Both the position numbers and the translations under genes were made by a program. From assembly GCF_002087085.1 (NCBI RefSeq), contig NZ_MWQY01000015.1, positions 62,001 to 108,797 on the forward strand: DNA of 46,797 nt, written 5' to 3'. Below the pieces are notes generated by a model. It was not told the DNA's origin and did not search any database. It saw only the letters and a program-made list of their open reading frames with translations. Positions 1 to 7,730 of this stretch are shown here, in pieces (the first letter of the stretch is position 1; the number at the start of each line of letters is the position of its first letter).

Positions 1-1134
1 GTTTTCATAGGTTCTGCCGATGCCAACGGCAAGGCTGCACCTCTGGGTGCTGCAGATCTCGCTTTGAATTCCCTCCAGTATTTCCATGAAGGAGATACGG
101 TTTTCCGAACCGGTATCACTATTCAGCTTGAGGGCTATTCCAATCCGGTAGTTGGAAAGGGGGAGAAGTATATAGCACTCTTCCTCATAATAACTCTGAA
201 GAATTTGATCTGTGGTATGCAGGACCTCATCTATCATTTTCAAATCATGGAGGACTTTCGATTTCCCGTCCTTTATTTTTACAACCACAAAGGTATTCAG
301 GTCGCTGTTTTTTCCCAGGCAGTCGAGCATCTCTGTCAGCTTGGTTTTTGAGAAGCCGCTGAAGGCAACATTATGGATGATATCCTCCTTGATAAAAGGA
401 ATCAGTTTTTCATAGTAGTGGTATACCTCCTTGACATCTATCAATACGCTTACACCAAAAAGCAGGGCGCTGATTATGGATACCACGTAGTAGATTCCCC
501 ACTGTTTGGCCAGGGAACCAATGATGAAGGAGAGGGCAAAGATAAAAACCCCGCTGTTAAAGAGAAATATCTTGTTCGTCAGAAGCTCATTCAGGGATGT
601 ATCGAGCTTGAGTTTGATGAGTTTGATTAAAGAAAACAGCGCAAGCAGCAGTCCGGTCACAACCTGAACGACGATAGTTACCTCCCTTCCGTAAAAGGGG
701 GCCTGCATGTTGGGGGTAAGGTTGTCCTGGGCGATGATTCCGGCAAACTGAAAAAGAACGCGGCTTTCCCGGGTACCCAGGGTATTGAAAACGACGTAAA
801 CAAGACCCAGAAGGGCACAGAAGCTGATAATTACTGCCTGAAACCTCTTTCTTCTTTTTCTGTTGAAAAGATCGGAGGCCAGTATTATCACGGGGGAAAT
901 AACACCGCAGAGAATTATCATACGGATGTTCACGATTATAAGGGGTATGGGATGCGGGCCAAGAATCAGTTGCAGGGGGCGCCCCAGGGCGAAAAGACTG
1001 ATTCCGATGAGAAAAATTACAAAGTATTTATAGGATGTCGCTTTTGAAGGATTGGCGATGCTGAAATAGATAAAGTACAGGAGAAAAAAGAGCCCTGCTA
1101 TTAACGGAGCGATGATATTGGAGAACAAAGACAT
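1..1134 (-). CDS. Multi-TM membrane protein followed by a CdaR/PucR-type GGDEF-like domain; probable membrane-anchored transcriptional regulator (3' end lies outside the window)
   Basis: Not in the ORF track because there is no stop in the window. Read by hand from ATG 1134 (GAAGGG upstream): MSLFSNIIAPLIAGLFFLLYFIYFSIANPSK..., about 7 hydrophobic segments, then a soluble region ending ...EICSTQRCSLAVGIGRTYEN, resembling the 'xGIGRxY' motif that precedes AraC/PucR HTH domains. Confidence 0.7.
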   Translation of the reverse strand, partial: MSLFSNIIAPLIAGLFFLLYFIYFSIANPSKATSYKYFVIFLIGISLFALGRPLQLILGPHPIPLIIVNIRMIILCGVISPVIILASDLFNRKRRKRFQAVIISFCALLGLVYVVFNTLGTRESRVLFQFAGIIAQDNLTPNMQAPFYGREVTIVVQVVTGLLLALFSLIKLIKLKLDTSLNELLTNKIFLFNSGVFIFALSFIIGSLAKQWGIYYVVSIISALLFGVSVLIDVKEVYHYYEKLIPFIKEDIIHNVAFSGFSKTKLTEMLDCLGKNSDLNTFVVVKIKDGKSKVLHDLKMIDEVLHTTDQILQSYYEEECYILLPLSNYRIGIALKLNSDTGSENRISFMEILEGIQSEICSTQRCSLAVGIGRTYEN

Positions 1135-1238
1135 GTCTGTTGCCCTTCTCGATTCGGATAAGGGTACCTCTGTTTTCTGGGGTGCCCATAAGCAGATAAA
1201 TGGTAGGAGATAAAGTTTGAGACGTCAAGAATAAAAAA

Positions 1239-2402
1239 TCATCCCGAACCTGACCGCCTGACCAGGCCCTTGACCCCGAAGGGCAGCCACATGGTCAGAA
1301 ACAGCGCCAGTCCAAGAATTTCAAGCCCCAGGGCGTACCAGGGAGCAGGGCCGAAGATTCCGGCAAGGATATCTACAATGGAGCCTGTGGGCGGCGGAAA
1401 ACCGATCACAAAGTAGTTTCCCCGTTGAAAAGGGGGAATATGCTCCAGGGCAAGGTTAATCCACCAGGCAAAGAACACGACAATATTACTGATCAGGATT
1501 ACACGGAAAACCGACATCAGCGTCGGTCTGAACCCCCTCCCCGCCACAAGGTACAATCCGCAGGCAATTATGAGCCCATGGGAGATAAAGAATGAGAAGT
1601 ACTTGTATTCCGGAAAACCCCGATACCCGATATCCGGGGCCAGAAGGGCCTGGAGGGCTCCGCCGATCCCCCAGAAGAAGATGAGCTCAAAGAGGACTTG
1701 CCGCAGTTTCCCGGCTGGCAGGGCAAAAACGAAGCAGAGAATCAGTATTGATAGACCACACATCTGTACCATCAGGGCCCAGGCGGCGTGCCACCCGCCG
1801 GTAAAATACCAGTAGAACTGATAGATTATCTCGTTCAGCCAGAGACTCGCCACAAGAAGAAATTCGATTATATGTCGTTTCTCTTCGGTACTCCTGCGGG
1901 CGGCGGTGACCACCAGTATCCATAAAAGTACCAGTCCCGCCAGCCCGGCGTAATGCTGGGCGGAAAAGTGACGGAATTCACCGCTCAGGCGGCCGGTCCC
2001 CGCCTGGATTGTAACCTCCCCGCCTTTCAGTCGCTCTCCAGTGTTCCCGACTACAAACAGACTCAGCTTCCATTCCCCGTCTTCCGGGAGATCGATCAGG
2101 GACCGGAACGACGCGAGCAGAAAGGATCCCCCCTTTTCATATCTGACCATCTCTCTTGGGACTTCGGTGCGGAACACAGTTTCACCCTTTTGTGAGGCAA
2201 GGAGTTCCACCCGGTAATCCTCCTTTCCATAGTACCAGGCGACACCCTCCACGGGGACGGGGTTGGCGTATTGGCCTCCGTTCCGGGGGGCGGAGAATTT
2301 CAATCCCGTCGGATTGACGGCGTCAGCAAGCAGAAAGCCGAGCTGAACGGAAATAAGGGAGAATACAAAGAACAGGGCCAGAAAGGGCGGGAAACGCTTC
2401 AT
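1239..2402 (-). CDS. YwaF/TMEM164-family integral membrane protein with an additional N-terminal soluble domain
   Basis: The C-terminal ~245 aa match the YwaF pattern (FSAQHY, LMVQMCGLS, WGIGGALQALLAPD, FFISHG, NYF, GPAPWY). The N-terminus is a signal/TM segment plus ~110 aa of beta-rich sequence. Confidence 0.8.
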   Translation of the reverse strand: MKRFPPFLALFFVFSLISVQLGFLLADAVNPTGLKFSAPRNGGQYANPVPVEGVAWYYGKEDYRVELLASQKGETVFRTEVPREMVRYEKGGSFLLASFRSLIDLPEDGEWKLSLFVVGNTGERLKGGEVTIQAGTGRLSGEFRHFSAQHYAGLAGLVLLWILVVTAARRSTEEKRHIIEFLLVASLWLNEIIYQFYWYFTGGWHAAWALMVQMCGLSILILCFVFALPAGKLRQVLFELIFFWGIGGALQALLAPDIGYRGFPEYKYFSFFISHGLIIACGLYLVAGRGFRPTLMSVFRVILISNIVVFFAWWINLALEHIPPFQRGNYFVIGFPPPTGSIVDILAGIFGPAPWYALGLEILGLALFLTMWLPFGVKGLVRRSGSG

Positions 2403-2711
2403 GAATGTATTATTTCATCCCTTTTATCGCCGGTAAAGATAAACTTTTCATATTCAGGGTGCTGAACAACGATAGAATTTAGGATGCTAAAGAAGAAAGG
2501 CTGAATATAGTAAAAATGTCACTTCTATGTAGTGTTGGGTACCTCAAAAAAATACTCTTTTTTCACCATGCAGCGTTGTCGGAATCTCCCGTAATTCTCA
2601 AATCTTGTTCTCACAAGTGTTTGCGGGTACTGGAAAATCCCGTCGCCTTGTCTGTAACAGAAACACCTCTTTTGTAGAGGGTGCCTGTATAAGTATCGAC
2701 ACTGAAATAGC

Positions 2712-2740
2712 TTGACTTATTGAAGGGCATTGTTTAGAGT
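2712..2740 (+). promoter_or_regulatory. Sigma70-type promoter for the ProX-like gene
   Basis: TTGACT-17 nt-TAGAGT, followed by a GGAGG RBS before ATG 2771. Confidence 0.6.
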
Positions 2741-2770
2741 TCTAAGTATATTGTAATTGGAGGTTAGCTT

Positions 2771-3739
2771 ATGCGTAAGGTAGTACTTGTGCTGCTCGCC
2801 GCGTTATGTCTTGGCGGGTATATCTTTGCAGAAGGAGGACAGGAGGGCGGGGCCCAGGAAATCGTTTTTGCCGATCTTACCTGGGACAGTGTCATGGTGC
2901 ATAACCGGATTGTGGCGTATATAATCGAAAACGGTCTTGAGAATGAATATACGGCAGATTTTGTTCCCGGAGGTACGGTCCCAAGTGTTACCGGGCTGGC
3001 CAATGGTGATATCGATATCGACATGGAATCCTGGCATTCCAATTGGCTGGATGTATACGAGAAACATATGGCCAGCGGGGATATCCTGGATCTCGGGAAG
3101 AACCTCCCCGACGGCCCCCAGGGATGGTATGTACCCCGCTATGTTATAGAGGGTGATCCCTCCAGAGGGATCGAGCCCATGGCCCCGGATCTGGAAACCT
3201 CCGAGGATCTGCCCCGGTACTGGGAGCTCTTTCAGGATCCCGAAGACCCGAATAAGGGCCTGATCTATCTCGGCATTTCCGGATGGGCCGTTACCGACAG
3301 CAACGAGAAGTATTTCGAGAAACAGGGCCTGGGAGAATATTTCAACAAGGCAATACCCGGATCGGATGCCGCTGTAGCTGCAACCATGGATTCCGCCTAT
3401 CGTCGCGGTGAGGCCTGGGTCGGATACTGGTGGGAGCCCACCGCAATCATGGGGCGCCTGGATATGTACATGCTTCCGGACACCCGTCTGCCCCCGGCGG
3501 ATATCAACATACTGGTCAATAAAGACCTCCCGCAACGGGCCCCGGATGTCGTTGAGATCCTGAAAAAGTACAGCACGACTGTTGCGATGAACAATGAGTT
3601 TCTGGCGGCCAAAGAGAAGCAGAACCTCGATAACGAGGGTGCGGCAATCTGGTTCCTCAAGAACCGGGAAGATGTATGGACCCAGTGGGTTGATGCCGAA
3701 GTCGCTTCCAGGGTAAAGGCTGCTCTTGCTGCTGAATAA
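2771..3739 (+). CDS. proX: Glycine betaine/proline ABC transporter substrate-binding protein (ProX/OpuAC family)
   Basis: Signal peptide; motifs ADLTWDS, GDIDIDMESW, GWYVPRYVIEGD, GYWWEP and AAIWFLK...WTQWV typical of ProX-family SBPs. Confidence 0.88.
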   Translation: MRKVVLVLLAALCLGGYIFAEGGQEGGAQEIVFADLTWDSVMVHNRIVAYIIENGLENEYTADFVPGGTVPSVTGLANGDIDIDMESWHSNWLDVYEKHMASGDILDLGKNLPDGPQGWYVPRYVIEGDPSRGIEPMAPDLETSEDLPRYWELFQDPEDPNKGLIYLGISGWAVTDSNEKYFEKQGLGEYFNKAIPGSDAAVAATMDSAYRRGEAWVGYWWEPTAIMGRLDMYMLPDTRLPPADINILVNKDLPQRAPDVVEILKKYSTTVAMNNEFLAAKEKQNLDNEGAAIWFLKNREDVWTQWVDAEVASRVKAALAAE

Positions 3740-3769
3740 AATACAGGGTATAAAACTGACCTGTAACAG

Positions 3770-3800
3770 AGCCCCTTGCGAAAAGCGAGGGGCTTTCTTG
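3770..3800 (+). terminator. Rho-independent terminator after the ProX-like gene
   Basis: Hairpin AGCCCCTTGC-GAAAA-GCGAGGGGCT followed by TTCTTG. Confidence 0.7.
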
Positions 3801-3833
3801 TTGAAGAGGAAAGAGAGCAAGGGAGAATGAATC

Positions 3834-4025
3834 ATGGGCGGACAGAACAGGAACAGTCTAAAACCCGGCATGCGGGTAGCCATCGTGCTCAAAAAGGATC
3901 AGCGAAGCGGGAAACTGACAGAGGGTGTGGTCGCCGATCTGCTGACCCGCTCGGATTACCATCCCCATGGAATAAAAGTCCGCCTTACCGACGGTCAGGT
4001 GGGGCGGGTAAAAGAGATTCGATGA
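3834..4025 (+). CDS. ywbE: YwbE (DUF2196) family small protein
   Basis: Near-canonical family sequence: IVLKKDQRSGKLTEGVVADLLT...HPHGIKVRLTDGQVGRVKEI; GGAG RBS. Confidence 0.9.
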   Translation: MGGQNRNSLKPGMRVAIVLKKDQRSGKLTEGVVADLLTRSDYHPHGIKVRLTDGQVGRVKEIR

Positions 4026-4127
4026 TGCGGCCTGACTGCAGGTGTATGTAAAATACTGCTTGCATTATTGTGAAATCTGATCGTAAAATACAGCCTTTAT
4101 AAATTCTATTTTGTACGGGAAGGTATT

Positions 4128-5486
4128 GTGGAAGCATTTAAAGCTGTACTCGAGGCTGTTGACGGTATTGTCTGGGGGCCGATAATGATCGTCCTCCTGG
4201 TTGGTACCGGCATCTATCTTACAATCAGGCTTAAACTAATTCAGGTCAGCTCTTTCGGGCATGCGATTAAGGTAATAAAGGGCGATTATGATCACGAATC
4301 AGAATCAAAGGATGGCGAAATAAGCCATTTCCAGGCCCTCTCGGCCGCTCTTTCGGCAACCATCGGAACAGGTAATATAGCAGGGGTGGCAACCGCGATT
4401 GCCATCGGCGGACCCGGGGCGCTGTTCTGGATGTGGGTTACCGCATTTTTCGGAATGGCCACCAAATATTCCAGCTGTCTGCTCGGTCTCAAGTATCGGG
4501 AGATAGACGAAAACGGTGAAGTAACCGGGGGACCGATGCTGTACCTGGAAAAGGGGCTTGGACAGAAGTGGCTGGGCATTCTGTTCGCCGTGTTCGCGGT
4601 GATCGCATCCTTCGGAATCGGTAATATGGTACAGGCAAACTCCGTGGCCGAACCGGTAGCAGCGACCTTCGGTCTTCCCAAATGGCTGACCGGTTTGGTC
4701 ATGGGAGTACTGGTCTGGCTGGTCATCGTCGGCGGTATAAAGCGTATAGGTAAAGTCGCCTCCAGAATAGTACCATTCATGTCGGTAGCCTATGTTCTGG
4801 CAGCCTTTATTGTTCTGGCCGTTAATTTCAGCGCGATCCCCTCTGCCTTTGCTCTGATATTCACCCACGCCTTTACGCCTACTTCGGCATCCGGCGGATT
4901 CGCCGGTGCGGTCGTGCTTCTGACCATGCGTTACGGTGTCGCCCGCGGGGTTTTTTCCAACGAAGCAGGACTCGGCAGCGCCCCCATGGCCCACGCCGCA
5001 GCCAAAACGGACGAACCTGTACGGGAAGGTCTTGTCGCCATGATCGGTCCCTTTATCGATACAATTATCATCTGTACCATGACGGGTCTGGCGATTGTTA
5101 CATCCGGCGCATGGGACTCGGGACTTACCGGGGCCGAGCTTACCAGCGAAGCCTTCAACCTGGCGCTGCCGGGGGTCGGCCGCTACCTTATAGCCGTTGC
5201 CATCGTGTTCTTTGCGTTCTCCACAACCGTCAGCTGGTCCTACTACGGCGATCGCTGTGTAATGTATCTTTCTGGAGAAAAGCAGCTCGTCCGAGCCTAC
5301 CGCTGGCTCTATGCATTGATGATTCCTGTGGGCGCGATTCTGAAGCTGGAAATCGTATGGACTTTCTCCGATATCGCCAATGGTCTTATGGCCCTGCCGA
5401 ATATTATCGGTCTTATTGGGCTTTCCGGAACCGTTATCGCCCTTACAAAGACCTATGTCGACAAACTGAAGATCCCCGTCGCTTAA
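4128..5486 (+). CDS. Alanine/glycine:cation symporter (AGCS family)
   Basis: ALSATIGTGNIAGVATAI, GGPGALFWMW, GNMVQANS and RGVFSNEAGLGSAP signatures; ~11 TM segments; GTG start. Confidence 0.95.
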   Translation: MEAFKAVLEAVDGIVWGPIMIVLLVGTGIYLTIRLKLIQVSSFGHAIKVIKGDYDHESESKDGEISHFQALSAALSATIGTGNIAGVATAIAIGGPGALFWMWVTAFFGMATKYSSCLLGLKYREIDENGEVTGGPMLYLEKGLGQKWLGILFAVFAVIASFGIGNMVQANSVAEPVAATFGLPKWLTGLVMGVLVWLVIVGGIKRIGKVASRIVPFMSVAYVLAAFIVLAVNFSAIPSAFALIFTHAFTPTSASGGFAGAVVLLTMRYGVARGVFSNEAGLGSAPMAHAAAKTDEPVREGLVAMIGPFIDTIIICTMTGLAIVTSGAWDSGLTGAELTSEAFNLALPGVGRYLIAVAIVFFAFSTTVSWSYYGDRCVMYLSGEKQLVRAYRWLYALMIPVGAILKLEIVWTFSDIANGLMALPNIIGLIGLSGTVIALTKTYVDKLKIPVA

Positions 5487-5502
5487 GTAAGACGCTGCAA
5501 GC

Positions 5503-5533
5503 CGGGAGGCCGTACCGTATAGATGGCCTCCCG
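5503..5533. terminator. GC-rich hairpin between convergent genes; probable terminator
   Basis: CGGGAGGCCGT-9 nt-ATGGCCTCCCG; no strong U-tract. Confidence 0.5.
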
Positions 5534-5576
5534 ACAGCATCGGCAGGACTGAAAATCCTTACAATGGTCTAGGTTC

Positions 5577-6566
5577 TCAGCGCCAGTTGCGGGGCTGCTC
5601 GGGTTTCGTTCCCATTGCCTCATCGATCCTGTTCATAATCTCCGGCCTGAGCAATTCGGCGGCATCAAGGGCCTTCATGTTCTGTTCCACCTGGTCCGGC
5701 CTTGATGCGCCGGTAATAACCGTGCTGACGTGGGGGTTCTTCGTTACCCAGGCCAGGGAAAGCTGGGCAAGGCTTATTCCCAGTTCCTCTGCAATGGGGC
5801 GCAGGCGTTCAACCGCCTGGATCCGCTGTCTCCCGTCCTCCGTCTCATAGCGCTTCCTGAGCCATTCATAGCCCGGCAGCGTAAGTCGTCCTTCTTCTAT
5901 GCCTTTGCCGTATTTACCGGTCAGCACGCCGGAGGCCAGGGGGCTCCAGGTGGTGGTCCCGAGTCCGTACTCCTCGAAAAGTGCTTTGTATTCAACCTCG
6001 AAACGGCTGCGATCGAGCAGATTGTACTCAGGCTGTTCCATGGTCGGGGGCACCAGGTGCAGACGTTCGGCAACCTCGTAGGCTTTGGTTATCTCCCGGG
6101 CGCTCCACTCGCTGGTTCCCCAGTAAAGGGCGTATCCCTTGTCCACGAGGTACGACATGGCCCGTACGGTCTCCTCGATGGGGGTTTCGTAATCCGGGCG
6201 GTGGCAGAATACCAGATCGACATAGTCCAGCTGCAGTCGATCCAGGGCCGCCCGTGTTCCTTCCAGGATATGCTTGCGGCTCAATCCCGTATCGTTGGGT
6301 CCTTTTCCTCCCCAGAAAATTTTGGTGGACAGAACAAGATCGCTCCGCTTCCATCCCAGCTTCTTCAGCGCCTTGCCCATGATAATCTCCGATTCGCCCC
6401 CGGCGTAGGCCTCGGCATTGTCAAAGAAGTTTACTCCCGCGTCATAGGCGATTTTCATCATCTCTGCAGCGGCTTTTACGTCAACCTGGGTGCCGAAGGT
6501 TATCCATGATCCATAGGAAAGGGCGGATACCTTCAGTCCAGATCTGCCTAAATTACGATATTCCAT
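5577..6566 (-). CDS. Aldo/keto reductase, Kv-beta-like subfamily
   Basis: MEYRNLGRSGLKVS, FFDNAEAYAGG (catalytic D/Y), STKIFWGG (K), FCHRPD (H), YWGTSEWS, WSPLASG. Confidence 0.93.
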   Translation of the reverse strand: MEYRNLGRSGLKVSALSYGSWITFGTQVDVKAAAEMMKIAYDAGVNFFDNAEAYAGGESEIIMGKALKKLGWKRSDLVLSTKIFWGGKGPNDTGLSRKHILEGTRAALDRLQLDYVDLVFCHRPDYETPIEETVRAMSYLVDKGYALYWGTSEWSAREITKAYEVAERLHLVPPTMEQPEYNLLDRSRFEVEYKALFEEYGLGTTTWSPLASGVLTGKYGKGIEEGRLTLPGYEWLRKRYETEDGRQRIQAVERLRPIAEELGISLAQLSLAWVTKNPHVSTVITGASRPDQVEQNMKALDAAELLRPEIMNRIDEAMGTKPEQPRNWR

Positions 6567-6599
6567 TTAAAGCTCCTTATTCATAGTAAGATAGTCATG

Positions 6600-6612
6600 T
6601 AGTAAACTACTA
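6600..6612. promoter_or_regulatory. Palindromic operator-like site TAGTAAACTACTA (copy 1, near the AKR start)
   Basis: TAGTA-N3-TACTA palindrome; a near-identical copy lies at 6783-6795. Confidence 0.5.
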
Positions 6613-6780
6613 AGATACAGTGAAAAAGGAAAATCAGCCCTCAGGGTATGATCGAAGCGGCTGCGGAGGAGGAGGTAAAGACAGGAAATCCCTTCCCGCA
6701 TCATCCCTGTCAGCATAAATCGTTCTTTAAACGTATTCAGTTCGAAAACCCGGTCATTTCTGTTTCCCCTGGTATTAAAG

Positions 6781-6797
6781 ATTAGTAAATTACTAAT
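6781..6797. promoter_or_regulatory. Palindromic operator-like site ATTAGTAAATTACTAAT (copy 2, near the hydrolase start)
   Basis: Perfect 8-bp inverted repeat with a 1-nt centre; its core matches 6600-6612. Confidence 0.5.
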
Positions 6798-6837
6798 AAA
6801 AGCGTCAACGACGCTGTTGCTTTACAAGGAGAGGTTT

Positions 6838-7632
6838 ATGAAATTTAAATGGGTTTTAATCGTTTTATCTTTTGTATTTCTGCTTACGGGACTCACTGCA
6901 GAAGGAGCTCAGGACATGGATATGGACAGGGAAAGTGTGATTTATACGGAGGAGATATCCTATACCGTGGACGGCCAGAGACTGGTAGGCCTTCTGGCCT
7001 ATGACGAGTCAGTAAAGGAATCGCGCCCCGGGATTCTGGTGGTTCATGAGTGGCAGGGTATCAATGATTACGCGAAAAAGAGGGCTGTTGATCTGGCAAA
7101 GGAAGGCTACGTGGCGTTTGCCCTGGATATGTACGGCGATGGGAAGGAGATCACCCGGGAAGAGGCCCGCGACATGTCCGGCAGGATCGGTACCGATTAT
7201 CCGCTTGTTCAGAAGCGCTTCAATGCCGCACTGGATATTCTCAAGGAAGTTGAGTATACCGATCCGGACAAACTGGGGGCCATAGGATACTGTTTCGGCG
7301 GCGGCATCGTCCTGAACATGGCCCGGCTGGGTACGGATATCGACGGTGTTGTGGGATTCCATTCTTCGATCAATACCGGTTTGAATGCTGAAAAAGGGGA
7401 CATCAAAACAAAGATTCTCGCCATACAGGGCGATCAGGATCCTGCGGCACCCCGGGAGAAGCAGGAAGCGTTCATTCAGGAAATGACTGAAGCGGAAGCG
7501 GATTTTACCTACATTATTTATGGAAACCTGCCTGCTCACAATTTTACCAATCCTTCCGGTTCATCCTATTACGCGGATGAAGCCAATATGGCCTGGGCAT
7601 CCATGCTGGTTTTCTTTGATTCCCTTTTCTGA
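6838..7632 (+). CDS. Secreted dienelactone hydrolase family protein
   Basis: ATG 6838 after AGGAGAGG; signal peptide; VHEWQG, nucleophile motif GYCFGG, QGDQDP (Asp) and AHNFTNP (His). Confidence 0.9.
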   Translation: MKFKWVLIVLSFVFLLTGLTAEGAQDMDMDRESVIYTEEISYTVDGQRLVGLLAYDESVKESRPGILVVHEWQGINDYAKKRAVDLAKEGYVAFALDMYGDGKEITREEARDMSGRIGTDYPLVQKRFNAALDILKEVEYTDPDKLGAIGYCFGGGIVLNMARLGTDIDGVVGFHSSINTGLNAEKGDIKTKILAIQGDQDPAAPREKQEAFIQEMTEAEADFTYIIYGNLPAHNFTNPSGSSYYADEANMAWASMLVFFDSLF

Positions 7633-7668
7633 TATCGAAGACAGTACACCGTCTTTAGACTGATCCCG

Positions 7669-7701
7669 AAAAAAAGCCCCCCGCAGATAGCGGGGGGCTT
7701 T
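7669..7701. terminator. Bidirectional rho-independent terminator (strongest for nifJ)
   Basis: AAAAAAAGCCCCCCGC-AGATA-GCGGGGGGCTTT between convergent genes. Confidence 0.85.
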
Positions 7702-7730
7702 GTCATGTTTTGCGACTGACAGGATCGGCC

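Noticed and set aside
64..1228. Short ORFs 64-351, 212-415, 373-630 and 1028-1228
   Set aside because: They overlap the longer minus-strand membrane-protein frame 1-1134.
2403..2770. c-di-AMP or other riboswitch upstream of the ProX-like gene
   Set aside because: No recognisable consensus, and the best promoter lies only ~30 nt from the start codon; an Rfam scan would settle it.
4026..4127. Glycine riboswitch upstream of the AGCS symporter
   Set aside because: The region is short and AT-rich and lacks the GGAGA...CCGAAG...CUCUCAGG core.
6642..6710. Possible structured RNA (CAGGGTATGAT...ATCATCCCTG pairing) in the AKR/hydrolase intergenic region
   Set aside because: The pairing is imperfect, matches no family I recognise, and cannot be separated from chance without covariation data.
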